This document shows positions 12,901 to 25,812 of a stretch of DNA of 62,000 nt, in pieces. The DNA comes from Camelus dromedarius (lineage: Eukaryota), in the NCBI RefSeq assembly GCF_036321535.1, contig NC_087437.1:9052001-9114000 (forward strand), written 5' to 3'. The notes beneath the pieces were generated by a model. That model was given only the letters and a program-made list of their open reading frames with translations, ran no database searches and had not been told where the DNA came from. Numbering within the stretch: the stretch's first letter is position 1; every line of letters starts with the position of its first letter. A program made the translations under genes and the position numbers.

Positions 12901-13719
12901 ATCCCTCTATCTCAGAAAAAAGAAAGTGTGTGGTCTTGGGGGTCAGAGGAAACACTGGTTCTGTTTAATCATGGAAGGGAAATGTGCTCACACAACTCTC
13001 CTCAGAACAAAACCACTGCCTTGGAAAATCCAAACACACCAAATTGCTCCCTGGTCCCCATAACTGTAGTGTGGATGGGGGGATGAAGAGGAGAAGGGAA
13101 GGAGAGGAAAACCAACATCAAATTTTAAAAAGACATTCAACTTTAATACGTGCAGTTCTAGAATTACTGTGTGGAGAAATAGCTTTTCCTTTTAGGAGAA
13201 GTGATTGGATTTCTAGGTTTGTCTTTAATCCTCAGACCCAAGATAAGGTCATTAAAAGAAGCAGAGCTATTGGATTCCACTCTGATGGAGGTAGCTTAGA
13301 AAGGTCAAGCTGCAGCAAGTGGTCCACTCATTCAGTCTCCTCCAAATATCTTCAAGTGCTATAGAAAATGCTGTCTGATCTTCCTTTTCTCTAATTTGTA
13401 GATCCCTACAGCCTGGTAAGACAGTGAAAGACACTTCAGTAAAGAAAGTTGAGTTGAGTTCTAATAATATCTAAATTCATAACACCTCTTGTGCAGTCTG
13501 CTCATTGGGCAACTGGTCATGTACTACTATATATCTTTACACATTCTTCTGTCGATCTATAAACTTTAAAGTTCATTTAATATCTTTTTTCTTTCTCACT
13601 TGTCTTTCATATACGATGCATGCATGTAATTATTAAATATGCAGTCTTCTTTTATTGAGTATTTCATATGTACTGACTGTCTTCTAACCTTCCCCTTTCA
13701 TCTCTTCTGAACCTCCAGA

Positions 13720-14960
13720 AATCTGAATTCTTTCTTTGCCACACCATTCAAACAGCTCTTACAAAGGTAACTGCTGATCCCCTAACTCAGCCATCAGACT
13801 TACTCGTGGGAGGGTATTATTTTGAGGTTTACACCTTCTAGAATGTTTCTCCTCCTGTTTGAAACAATGATAACACTTGCAGCTGGTTTTCCTCTGAAAT
13901 TTTTATTTAAACTTTGTGATTTTGTTCTCTGCTGATTTCTAGATTCTTCCCTTTGCTTTCAGATTTTCGCATATCTGTACACTCTGAGGAATCACATGCA
14001 TGCCATTCTTGAGTTCTAGATGCACACTGGAAACTGCTTGTGGGTTTCACACGGACTGTGCACTTAACATGTCCAGAATTTAACTCTCCATAGTCCCTGT
14101 CAACTTGCTTCTGCTCATGCATTTCCATCCACAGTTAAAGGCAAAACTCTTTAGTCAGTTTTCTCAGATACAATTCTTAGAATCATGTGTAAATCCTTCT
14201 CTTGCTTTATCTTTGCACAATGCCTCACTGAATGTCTGTGTGTTAGTAACATCCATCACCTCCACGATTTATCATGTCTTTCTCAGATCTGGATTATTAA
14301 AAAAAAGTAAAGTTTCCTAACTTACTTCAGCGTTAGCTCTTCTGCTCACAGCTGTCAACGTGACACTGCTTCCAGAGACATCAGTGCCATACATAATTCA
14401 TAGGAAAAAAAGCCACCCCTACAAGGGCCATTTACATGGCAGACGTCATAGATTTTTTACATTTTATTATGACAACTTTTCAGCAGATGATAAAGTGCTC
14501 TGTTGTAACAAAACCCATGTAATTGATAACGTTTCCAGTGTATGGAAGGAGCATGATCCAAGAAAGGAATGTCTTTTACAACGTGTGCACAGCTGTCACG
14601 GGAACTAGCTGGCACTGACGAGGGTTAACTTTCTGGAACATAGATTGAATTGCAGCATTTCTCTGGCGACGCCTTCAACTCCTGTTGCTTGTGGGTTAAA
14701 GCCTAAACTCCTTAGCAAGTTGTTCAAAGCTCTGGACACCCTGGCCCAAGTTGACCCAAGTACATCTTTCCTATTCGCTTTGTGCTTCAGCCTCACGGGC
14801 AGCGGGGGCAGGGCGCTGGTGTCAGAACTCTGTTATCTACTTGGATTCTCTCCATCTCCTCCCCTCTCTTCTCTGTCTGCTTACCAAAATGTAAGTCAAA
14901 ATTCACATTTCTGATGAGATACTCCCAGGTAGCTTCAATCCATTGCCTCCCCTATGCATT
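13720..14960 (+). mobile_element. Highly decayed L2 fragments
   Basis: Pyrimidine-rich L2-like stretches such as 'aacagctcttacaaaggtaactgctgat' and 'gttaaagcctaaactccttagcaagttgttcaaagctctggacaccctggccc'. Boundaries are approximate. Confidence 0.5.
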
Positions 14961-15051
14961 TACATTTGACATTGTAACTTAATATAGGTTGGACTTACAT
15001 CAGCTGGATCACATGAAATTGAATTTAATTGCACAGTAGGTTGGACTTACA

Positions 15052-15120
15052 TAGGTTGGATCATATGATATTGCCATTGACAAATGGCTAACAATTAGTA
15101 ATTTCTTATGGCCCAAACTA
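15052..15120. mobile_element. MADE2-like mariner MITE
   Basis: Imperfect palindrome 'taggttggatcatatgatattgcc...gtaatttcttatggcccaaacta'. Confidence 0.7.
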
Positions 15121-15270
15121 TGGTTTTTCCATGTGTGAAACTATCCTTTTTGTATTATTTATCACTCTATTAAACCAGGGATCTATTTTTTTTTTTTTTG
15201 CATGCTCCATGATCCTAGCACGGATTTTACATTTAAATGCCTGTAAGACGATAAGAAAGAAGAACATGTG

Positions 15271-15346
15271 GCAGAGACTGTATGTGGCCCACAAAGCCTA
15301 CAATTTTGACATCTTGACCATATATAGAAAAGTTTGCAGGCTCTTG
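15271..15346 (+). mobile_element. MER58-like hAT-Charlie terminal fragment
   Basis: 'gtggcccacaaagcctacaattttgacatcttgaccatatatagaaaagtttgcaggctcttg'. Confidence 0.65.
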
Positions 15347-17319
15347 AGTTGAACCATTACCTCTTGGAGGTAGATCTGTGTGTTACCAACACACAGCGTA
15401 ATGCTTAGGGCTGTCTAAGTACTCAACCAATGCTTTCCAAGCTGAACTCAATCACTGGTGAATTTCCGAAGAAAAAACAGGATGAAAATGGTCATAATTT
15501 TCTCTTGTCAGTGAAGCCTGTTTGAAAAATAGGACACACACATATTGCAATTTTGAGCACACTTTGCAGCTCACCCAAACTCAAGAATCTATGACCAAAG
15601 ACGTTGCAGTCAAATGATCTACAGCAAGCTTTGTCCTGTGCTGCCAGCTACAAGGCCACGGGGCCAGAGTTATCTGTCAGGAATCCAAATAAATCATGGG
15701 ACAAACTAGGGGCGGTGGTGGGAAAGGGTGTGTGTGACATAGGGCTGCTATTAGCCTTAAACTTTGTTGACCTTGAAAGTCTTAAAAAAAAAAAAAAAAA
15801 AGCTCTTCCTGAACTGCATCATTGCAGAGTGCTTAAGAACCCCGTCCAAGAGCCCAGCACTGCATCCCTGGCCACAATCCCACTGAAGAAATGATCTAGA
15901 GAAGATTACTCCTAAATCAAAAACTATGAAATTGTACTTGGCAGCCACAATGCAGAGAAGAAAAATTCTGCTTGGAACCACAGCCTTTTCCCCTATTTTG
16001 TCCACTCACGTCTTTTTTCTTCTTTTTCCTCACTTTTTATTTTGATGTTGGTTGTGTCCTGACAGCTTAGAGAAAAGGGATCGCTTTCAGAATCTTTTTG
16101 AAAATGGGGGTCTTCTGAAATAGTTCGGTGAGTTAGAGCCAGCCCTTCGCGGTTAATCTCAAAAGGCATTGTTAGTATTTCCCCCACGACATTTAAGAAG
16201 CGCTTTGGAAAACGGAGGATTATCGAAACACTCATTTCCTGTTGTAGGTCAATGCCATATCACAGCTGTGCTCAATTAAGGCTTTTTGCAAAGCAGCAGA
16301 CAGGAAGGAAAACAATGCCTTTCTCCCTCGATTCTTTGTAATTCTTTCAAATAATAAATAAAACCCAACCCTTTCCATTGGAACCCCTCCCCCCCAATGC
16401 TTTTAGAATCACAGACATATCAAAGTATGGTTTCTAAGCCATAGAGAAAAAAACTTTGCACATTTCTAACTAAACAGCATAGTCGAGGGAAGCCCTTGAT
16501 TTCCAACCATGTCTCAGACCATTGAACTTCATAGCTGCCAAACCGAGTCATTGAAAACTCACCGTGAAATGTTTTTTCGTATTGCAAATACTCCAGTGTT
16601 TCGGGGACTAGGTCTACATGGTAGAATCTGCCTCAAGAAAGTGAAAAGTATGAGAAATTCAAAGAGTAGTTACAACAATCAGCCCAGGTTTCGGTGCTTA
16701 CCCAAAATATGGGACTATCTTGGTCTCTTCTTTGCTGTTGTTTGGCCCCTATTCCTCCCCCATGCTGGTACAGAGTCATCAAAGAAATCTTTCTAAAACA
16801 CGGATGTATCAAGTCACTGCCCCCACGTGGTCAGTGAGCCCCCAGTGAGTAAAAGTGCTGCTGATGAACTTTGGATGGGCATCAAAATCTCCTGCGGGGC
16901 TTTAAGTGTGTGTGTGTGTGTGTGTGCTCCTCTCAACCTCAAAAGTTTCCAGGTCTTTGGGTCTGGTTTGGGGATACAGGCATCTGCATCTCAAAATGAT
17001 GCAAATAATTCTGAGGCACAAAACCCAGGCGGACAATCACTAGATCCCAGAGCAAGAGCAACCCCTTCAGCACAATGTGGCGAAGGAGGCAGTTCCACTT
17101 GTGCTCATTAAGTTTCAAGTCCAGTGAGCACATTTTAGGGCTAACCTTCACAGACTTCTGAGCAGAATGTGACGGCACTGACTGCTCCTCATGACTTTTC
17201 CTTCTATGTTATGATAATACAATCTTGCCCTTCCTCTATCGCCTTCTTTCTAAATGTCTTTTGCATATTTTTCTTTTCTTTCGGTCTCTGAAATATTGAT
17301 GATATTGAAGAACCCCAAG

Positions 17320-18630
17320 TCCTCTCTGAGGTTGCTTCTGTTGTCACTCTACATATTTCCCTTGGGTCATCCATCCACCCTCCAGTGGCTTCAATTACCT
17401 TGGTGCTGAGGGGTGTGGACTCTCGGGCCAGCTGTCTGGATTCTGTCCTAGCTCCATCACTCTCCATGCCTTTGTCTTCTCATCTGTTCAATGGGAATAA
17501 CAATAGTATCTACATCAAAGGGTTATTTGATTTATATAAGGTTTTAATTAATATAAATTATTATACTTATATTAATATAAATATTTAAAATATTTAAATA
17601 GTAATTAAAGTGATTGGGTATAGTAAGTTCTAAATAAGCATGTATTATCCTTATTATTGTGTTTATGTTGGTGACTTACTACTTTATTCCTTCATCTCCA
17701 GCCTTTCTCCTGAGTTCTAAAACTACCACATCCAACCGCCTACTGGACATTTCCACTCAGAGGTCACATGAACTCCAAAGAGACAGTGCTTCTAAAATGG
17801 ACCCCTCTTCTCCTCTGTCAGTCCCCATTTGCTCCTTTTTCTGGGATCCATAGCTCATCCAACTTCCACCAACCCAGGTACTTAAGATAAGAAACTGGGC
17901 GTCAAACCTGGTAACTTTCTATTTCTTTCCACGTCAAATCCATCATCAAGACCTGTTGACTTATAACTCCAATTCTTTCACTTGTCTTGAGTGCCACCCT
18001 CTATTTTCTACCACCTCAATTTGTTATATGCCATCCTTTCTAAGTATGTTGCCTGTGACTTTCCAGTAATGTTCCATTTCCATTCTATACTTCAGCCATA
18101 GTAAATGTTCTAAATCATGTCAGTGACCATCTCAGTATGTCCAGTGGCTTGTCATTGCCTTTAGAATACTATCAGATGCCTTTCTCATGGCTAATTGTAT
18201 CCTTCGGGGTCTCCCTTGCTGACACCTGCAGCCGAATTTTGAATCCCTTTCCACCCCTTTCCACACTATACTCTACATTCCGGTTAGGCTGAAATCTATC
18301 CACTTCCTTAGCATCATCTCCTCAGTCTTTGAACTGTTAGGATCTCCCCTCTGCCTGGGACATTCCATCACCCACAATTTGTCTCAACTAGCATGTAGCT
18401 TCTCCAAGAAGCTCTCTCAACATACCATGTCCCAACCATGTTCTCTCTCTAAGTGCCCCATAATACCTGCTATATGTATGACATTATTTTGCAAATGCTA
18501 TACCTTCTCCTAAAATGTTAATACTGTGAAGGCAGATACTTAATTATCTCTCTATTCATTGCAATTATCACATTACCTGGATCACAGTAAACATTCAAAA
18601 ATTGGGATGAATAAAGGAATGTATGTGAAT
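17320..18630 (+). mobile_element. L2 3' portion, interrupted by a MIR
   Basis: 'catctccagcctttctcctgagttctaaaactaccacatccaaccgcctactggacatttccactc' and a terminal 'ctgtgaaggcagatact...cagtaaacattcaaaaattgggatgaataaaggaatg'. Confidence 0.8.
17405..17660 (+). mobile_element. MIR SINE with AT-rich insertion
   Basis: 'gtgtggactctcgggccagctgtctggattctgtcctagctccatcact...tctcatctgttcaatgggaataacaatagtatctacatcaaagggtt'. Confidence 0.75.
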
Positions 18631-19154
18631 ACATCAATCACACACCTTGTGCTCCATCCATGTCAAAACTTGGTTCTACCCACGCCTATATCAAAATCTC
18701 TTGTTCTTCTTCCTAGATATGTGAATATAAATAAGATAAATTTTAAACTTCTAAAACAAGTAACACTGTAAAGTACTACAGATGACAAGAGGCAGACGGT
18801 TACCATTCTTTAATGCAACAAATTTATTATGGAAAATTTATTTAGAATTATAGCAGAAATTCCAAATCCTGTATGTATTGGTCCCTTGGGTAATTCATCC
18901 AAAACCTTCCCTGACTGTGGGTAACCACAGCATCTTTAGTATAAATCTGAGCATCTTATGAGATTTTCAGTCCTTCCTGATTTCTGGTTTCTGGCTCCAT
19001 TAGCCTGTGAAATCTGGATTTTGTTGATTCTAATCCCAACAAGACAAGTACCCTATTTTAGAAGGAAAATGAATCAAAGTACATGAAATGAACATATGGG
19101 GAAGATATTACTTAAGTTTCCAAGGAGTGTCAATGCTTATAAAAGATATAATAT

Positions 19155-19300
19155 AAGAGCTGGAAGAGATTTAAAATATCAAGTCCAGTGCATTTATTCT
19201 GTGGATAAAGAGAGGCTTGGTAACTGTCCACAAATCACCAAGCTTCTTAGAAGCAGAGCTGGGTTTGAATTTGTTAAATCCTGAGTACTTTCCGCTTGCT
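19155..19300 (-). mobile_element. MIR SINE fragment
   Basis: 'agagctggaagagatttaaaatatcaagtccag...gtaactgtccacaaatcaccaagcttcttagaagcagagctgggtttgaa'. Confidence 0.65.
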
Positions 19301-21226
19301 CATATGACTTAAGAGAAATTTTACAAAAAGCTTTACAAGACTATACATTTCTTTTCACCTAGACTAGTGCTTGATTACTAAGGAAGATTCATAGATAACA
19401 CCTGCTGTGAACGTGTTGAAGAAAATAGCATTGTGACCATTCCTCACACCTTCTGTCTTCTTTAAGAGTTTCTCAGACTTGAGATCAGTATGTACTCTCT
19501 CAGCTCAGGTGGGGGTGAGGAGGACTATGGAGAGGGACAGAAAGGCAGCAAACGTGCAACAAGGTAACAAACAGACTATAAGCAAAGCTCATAGTATTTT
19601 GGAAAAATTTTAAGGTTCCTTATGCAAAATATATTGTTCAATTTTATCCAACTCTCTTTGGAATCCTGATCCCCTTCTAAAGGATAGAAAAGGGGAGAGA
19701 CTTGATCATTATGGGTCTAAAAAATATACTCCTATTATTGCCTTCCTCATCTCATTAGATTTTCTGAGGACTGTAGATGTCAGTCCAGATTTAGAATTTT
19801 TATGCAGATTCCTGTCTATGCCACTTGTCTTTTCATTGTTCTTGCATTCTCAGGTCTCTCTCTCTTTCTGATCTCTCCTTCCCATCACCAGATTTCTTTC
19901 CAAACCAGAGGACTGGTCACAGGGTAGACTTGGATGGTCTCAGTGCATCACATCTCCCAGGATTTATGATTGTTGTTTAAAGCCAATACACTTTAACGCT
20001 GTTGTTATCCAGCAGTAGATGACTGAAACATTGGTTGTATCATCTCTCAGCATAATCTTCCTTGGAAAAGTCCCTTATTGTCCATAGTGCTTTGCCTGAA
20101 AGGCAAGTACATTTATTCTCTGGCCCCAGTGTACCTTTCCAGCCCTGACTCCTCCTTCCCCATCCCACCTCAGTATAATTAAACTCTCAAAATCTTTCCC
20201 CGAGTCATGCCAGCACACCCTGAACATGTCTCAAACTGTCCATCAACTCCTTCTGTCTGAAAAACATTGCCTCCCGGTCTAGCTCTTCAAGAAAATCATC
20301 CCAGAGACTTCAAAGAATAGCTTTACTTCAGTGAATTTTTATGAAAATTTCTTTAGACTTTGAGAAATTAGAAGTCCCATTTCTTGGCATTTCAAGACCA
20401 TCTTAAGAGCAGATTCACATTAAACAACTCATAAGACTAATAAATAAATTTTGAATGCCAAAATCTTTTTTTTTTCCTTTGAAGGAAACTTCTTATTCAA
20501 TTCAGCACATGTTATTCCTGTAGCAGGATACCTGGGGAGCCAGCTTATAATCAGAAGGTGGTCTACGCAGTGTGAGATTGGAACCCGGTGTGAGCACATT
20601 CATGAGTTTAATGGCACCTATGAATGTCACCATGTCAACTCAGCCGGAGTCATCCTTCTCACAACAGGAAGTCACAGTCCACGTGTTCAATGGCTCTCCT
20701 TGGGTGGGGTTTTCAGGGGCTCTGCCAATGGCCTCTCTGAATTGTCATGTTCCTCATTTCCATAGGTGATCAACACCGTCTCTCCCCAGCCGTGTTTACA
20801 CCTTCCTCTGCATTGCTTTTAGGGTCACTGACCTGGGAGCCAGTCTCTTTAAGGTGATTTTAAAAGCCTATGCATTAATATATAAAATGTTTATTTTCAA
20901 GTTCAAAGAGGACAGTTTTGTTTTCTTGTGGTTCAATATCTCTGAAAATTTCTCTGTCCTATACACTAACCTCATTGCTTTAGTATACATATATAAAGCT
21001 ATATTATAGTCATTTCTGCATGTTTTCAAAGCAATAAAGTGATCTTATTTTGAGAATGAATATTATACTTTTATATAAAAGATACTCAGATCTATCTGAG
21101 TGAACTTGTCAATGAATGATGAGAAATGAAATATCTTAAAAATAACTTCTCCACAAAGTTGCCACAAAATCGAAAATTTTCATCATTACACTTCTGGTGG
21201 ATTAAATTTAGCCATTTTAAAATAGA

Positions 21227-21445
21227 GGGTTTGAGATTTGCAAATGTTAGCCACTATATATATAAATAGATTAAAATTTTTTTCTTCTGTATAGCACAGG
21301 GAACTATAATATCTCGTAATAACCTTTAATGAAAGAGAATATGAAAACAAATATATGTGTGTATCTGCATGACTGGGACATTGTGCTGTACACCAGAAAT
21401 TGACACATTGTAACTGACTGTACTTCAAAAAAAAAAAAAAAAAAA
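21227..21445 (+). mobile_element. Short L1 3' tail with A19
   Basis: Near-identical to 9372-9588: 'ttgagatttgcaaatg...ctgtatagcacagggaactat...ctgtacaccagaaattgacacattgtaactgactgtacttc' followed by polyA. Confidence 0.92.
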
Positions 21446-21909
21446 CCAGGGGGAAAAACTAACATTTATTGAAAGCCTGCTATGTACCAGATATTTCACA
21501 TCAGTTTCGTCTTTAGTATTCAAAACTAGCAATAGGTGAAAAGAGAATAAGGCAAAAAGAGAATTAGCATCCTCTAGGAAATGGAAGGTCAGAAAGAATA
21601 AATAACCCCAGTTTAAAATTTGTGTAAAAATATTTAAAATTAAGAGATGCTTTATTAAATATTGGATAGCTTACTCATAGGAAAAGCACAATTTTTAGTA
21701 TATAGCTCAAAAGATGCCTTTAAATCACCTAAAACATATCAGTTGCTATGTTAATCAAGGTGCATTCAGCAACTTATTATAGCTTTAATAAAAGTTCTTA
21801 GTTGGCAACAAAATTGATCAAAATTGTTTTTCTGAGCTTCTTGAATTAGCTAGCAATAAGAGTTAGTTTATTTAGAGTAAATAAAACTTGAAAAAATGTT
21901 AAAGGTCTG

Positions 21910-22850
21910 CAATTACAGGCAACAAAGGCAAAAAATAGTCAACTCAGACTACATCAAATCTAAAAACTTCTATGCAGCAAAGGAAATAATCAAGAGTGAA
22001 GTCAATCTACATATGAATGGGAGAAAATGTTTGCAAATCGTATATCCAACAAGGGTTTACCATCCAAACTATATGAATAACTCCTACAGCTTAACAACAG
22101 TAAAACAACTCAATGTAAAATGGGCAAAGGACTTGAATAGAAATTTCTCCAAAGAAATTATTACAAATGGCCAACAAATGAAAAGATGCTCAACATCACT
22201 AATCATCAGGGAAATGCAAATCAAAGTCACATGATCCATCACCTCACACCCAGTAAATGGCCACTATCAAAACAAACAGAAAGTAACAAATGCTGACAAG
22301 GATGTGCAAAAATTGGAATCTTTGTGCACTGTAAGTAGGAATGTAAAATGGTGCATCCATTATGGAAAACAATATGAAATTTCCTCAAAAAAAAAAAAAA
22401 GAATCATCATGTGATCCAGCAATCTCACTTCTTGGTAAGTGTCCAAAAAATTGGAAGCAGGATCTCAAAGAGACAACTACACACCCATGTGCATTGCAGC
22501 ATTACTCACAATAGCCAAGAGTTGGAAACAGCCTAAGTGTCCATCGATGAATGAATAAATAAAGAAAAAAATATATAGGCAATGGAATATAAATATTACA
22601 TGATTGCACATATATGAAATACCTAAAATAGTCAAATTCATAGAAACAAAGCAGAACATGGTTATCAGGGCTGGAAGGAAGAGAGAAACGGGGAGTTCTT
22701 CAATGGGTATAGCGTTTCAATTTTGCCAGATTAGAAAAAAAATCTCTAGAGATTTGTTGTACAACAATGTGCATCTCATTAACACTATTGTACTATGCAC
22801 TTAAAAATGGTTAAGAGGTTAATTTTTTTTTCTTTTTTTACTGCAATAGA
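21910..22850 (+). mobile_element. 5'-truncated L1 (L1MB-like), ORF2 end + 3' UTR
   Basis: ORF 21896..22234 contains DYIKSKNFYAAKEII and KWAKDLNRNFSKE...MKRCSTSLIIREMQIK (L1 ORF2). The 3' UTR ends 'cacttaaaaatggttaagagg'. Confidence 0.92.
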
Positions 22851-23000
22851 AATTCCATAAATGTGAGCATTTTTCCATATGCTCATGCTTAATTACACTT
22901 AGAAAGTTCAAACCCATATCTTGGCTCAGTTTGATAACTACAGCTTTAATAAGTAGAGTTGAAATGTAACAATTAAAAATGTGATTTCTGCCTGCAAAAA

Positions 23001-23055
<55 letters not shown>

Positions 23056-23056
23056 A
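23001..23056 (+). repeat. (TAAA)14 microsatellite
   Basis: Perfect tetranucleotide run, read directly. Confidence 0.97.
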
Positions 23057-23089
23057 TCTATCTATTTATCTATTCTAAAGAATACGTTT

Positions 23090-23930
23090 TATTTAAAACG
23101 ATGATAACAAAAATCAAAACAAATAGTGGCTAGCTGGAACAATTTTAGCCAAAAAAAAATGATAGTATTACAATATAATTCTAAGAATAAAATAAATATC
23201 CTTGAGTCTGTACTGATGAAAACAAATAAATAAATGTAGAAGCAATGGTGAAACAGAAAGTTCCCATTAGAACACCCAGTAAAAGTTGCTGTGGGCAGGA
23301 ACCACTGATAGACCCTGAAATTGGTGTACAGAGTTTGAGAGGAACAAGGTATTTGCATAGTCTCAAAGCATCTCCTCCAAACTAATTATTTATAAACTGC
23401 AAAGGGAAAAGTAACTTTACAGTGGAGAAACGGGAAGACATCACTTTAAGGATAAAGGTTAATGTTATCCACAACGAAACATTTCGACCTAGTGTACTCT
23501 TGATACGATACACTGAGAAAAGCACGTCACCCCTGTGGTTTTCTTCTCAATAATACATAAATGCAGTGCAGTCATGAGAAAACACCAGACAAATCTACAA
23601 CAGACATTGTGCAGAATGACCATTCCGTAGTCTTCCAAAGTCTCAAAGTCATGAAAGACAAGGGAAAAGTGAAGAAGTGTCATGATTGGAGGAGACTAAG
23701 GTGACATGAAACTCAATGCAGTGTGAGACACTGGGTTAGATCCTGAGACAGGATGCAATAGGAAGAAAAGGTCTGTGGTTGAGTTAACAATGGCAGTGCA
23801 ACAAATGTTATTTTCCTAGTTGGGATAAATATAGTAGGTTGCATAAAACGTTAACATTAGGAGAGCCAGGATGAAAGGGCTTCTCTTCAGCAATTCTGAA
23901 AATATCACAAAATAAAAAGGTTTTTAAATG
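23090..23930 (+). mobile_element. L1MC-type 3' UTR
   Basis: 'aataaaataaatatccttgagtctgtactgat', 'gtaactttacagtggagaaac' and 'gtcatgagaaaacaccagacaaatc'. Homologous to 48570-49415. Confidence 0.85.
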
Positions 23931-24729
23931 TTGAAATACAACTTTACACCATTCTTTACAACAGTGAGGATTTTCCCATTTTGTTTGAGACAGTTATTTT
24001 GGGGCAGAGTCTTTTCAGCTCAGTGGTGGCGTTTAGCTAAGAACCACCAAAGGATAAATAATCTCAGCTCTTAATTAAGTGATAAGGCAATATTTTCCTC
24101 CTTCAAGAACATAAGGACTCTTCCAAAATATGTCTTGTTCCATCATTTTAAAAATAACAGATTTCTTGTTCTTTATAATGTGTTCTAAAAATACCTTCAG
24201 TTTGGGAAGGAGATTAGGTTCAAAGTCAGATGGATTTCAATTATTTGAGAAATGGTATTTAACTATGACTCAAAGCCAGGTGCCTAGTAGATGCCCAGGG
24301 AAGAAATAACTCATCTGGCCAGTTTAGACTTCCAATGACTCTCTTTAGCCCAATAAGCTATTACCTTAGGTCCCCAGTTGGTCAACAACTAAATCTCTAT
24401 AAACACAGTGTGACTTAGGGCATTTCATAAATTCATGCATTCTAGCAGTAATTTTATTGACAAAGTACCTTATCAATATAATCTTATTTAGGTTTAAAAG
24501 TTAAATACAAATTCTAGAGGAGTAGAAAACCAGAGGTTTTAACCTGATAGTCCAGGAACACGGAGGTAAGATTAGATTTAAAACTCATGTTCTTTGATAC
24601 TCTCCTCAAAGTTTTGATCCTATTTTGAGGGCCAGCTTTAAGTGAACCATCTTTTAGGCACTGAGAAGACAATGTTCTCCTTCATGGAACACCCCACCCC
24701 CAGGCCTTTTGCACCAACCTAAGTATTTC

Positions 24730-24865
24730 TTTTTCTGTTTTTTTTTTTCTTTTTCCAAACTGAGTTATAATTACCATATAATATTATATTAGTGAATATA
24801 GTGAATAGGTGTGAAACGTGGTGATTCAATATTTTTATACATTATGAAATAATCACGGCAGTAAG
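24730..24865 (-). mobile_element. Short L1 3' tail
   Basis: PolyT followed by 'tgagttataattaccatataatattatattag...gtgattcaatatttttatacattatgaaataatcac'. Confidence 0.7.
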
Positions 24866-24889
24866 GCCAGCTCCACAGTCTGATCCAGT

Positions 24890-25812
24890 TAAGTAAGGCC
24901 CCTTTGCAGGGGTCATTTTTTCAGGTCAGTCTTTTAAGGTTTATTCTGACCCTTCAAAGTTTACTTTTAGGTATCTCTTCCCCTGATTCTCTCTGGTCAA
25001 CCACCTGACATACAATTTAGTTTCTTGCCTTTATAGAGCTATCAGTGTTTTGCTTAATTGCTCACACCACAATCTCCATTGTTTTTGAGGTGTTCCTGGG
25101 CTTGACTTCCCTATATTTTGTTTCAAATATGGTCAATTCCTTTCAAGAGAGTCTTTAAGCTCTCTGTTCTTAATGTTTTGTCCTTCCTCTGTCCAAGAAT
25201 TCTGAGCCGCTGCTTCAGAGCCGGGGGTGGAAGTGACACCGTGGAGCAGGGTGTGGGTATTGGCCTCTTGTCTCCTTAGGTTGCTTCTTCTGACGTGGAA
25301 TCTCTGTTCTACCAGCAAACTAGAGCGAGAGCATTTAGGGCCTCAGCATCTTCATCCTGCCATGATTCAGGTAGAGCCTCCACCCTATGAACCATGTTTG
25401 GGTGCAGGAAGTGAACTCCAAACCTCTTGTCTGCACTCGCCAGGAATTTAGCCTGTGCACCTGAGCTAAAGGGCATGAGAAATGTTGGCCCGCCCCTCCC
25501 AGTGAGCTGCCAAACTCCTTGTCTTGGAGCTGACAGGAAAGGAAGTTCTGTTTTCGGTCACAGTGCTCAGAACAGAACTTCCATTACACTAATCTGGGAA
25601 AGAAAGGAATTTTATTGTGGCTTAAGTGCCACAGACTCATTGTTATTCCTGAGATTTAGTAGATTTTCTTGAATCAGTATTTCCTCATTTGTTGTATGCC
25701 TTTAGGACAATTTCAAGAGACTTGAAATATTTAAAAAATCATTTTCATCAGTGATGAGTATTTTACTGGGTAGCAGATCTGTAGAGCTGCTTACACCTCC
25801 ATTCCAGAAGTA
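24890..25812 (-). mobile_element. Old L1 (L1M4/L1ME-like) 5' UTR
   Basis: Ends 'cacctccattccagaagt', the reverse complement of a 'acttctggaatgg' L1M 5' start. Internal 'tttagtagattttcttgaatcagtatttcctcatttgttgtatgcctttagg' is typical. Confidence 0.65.
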
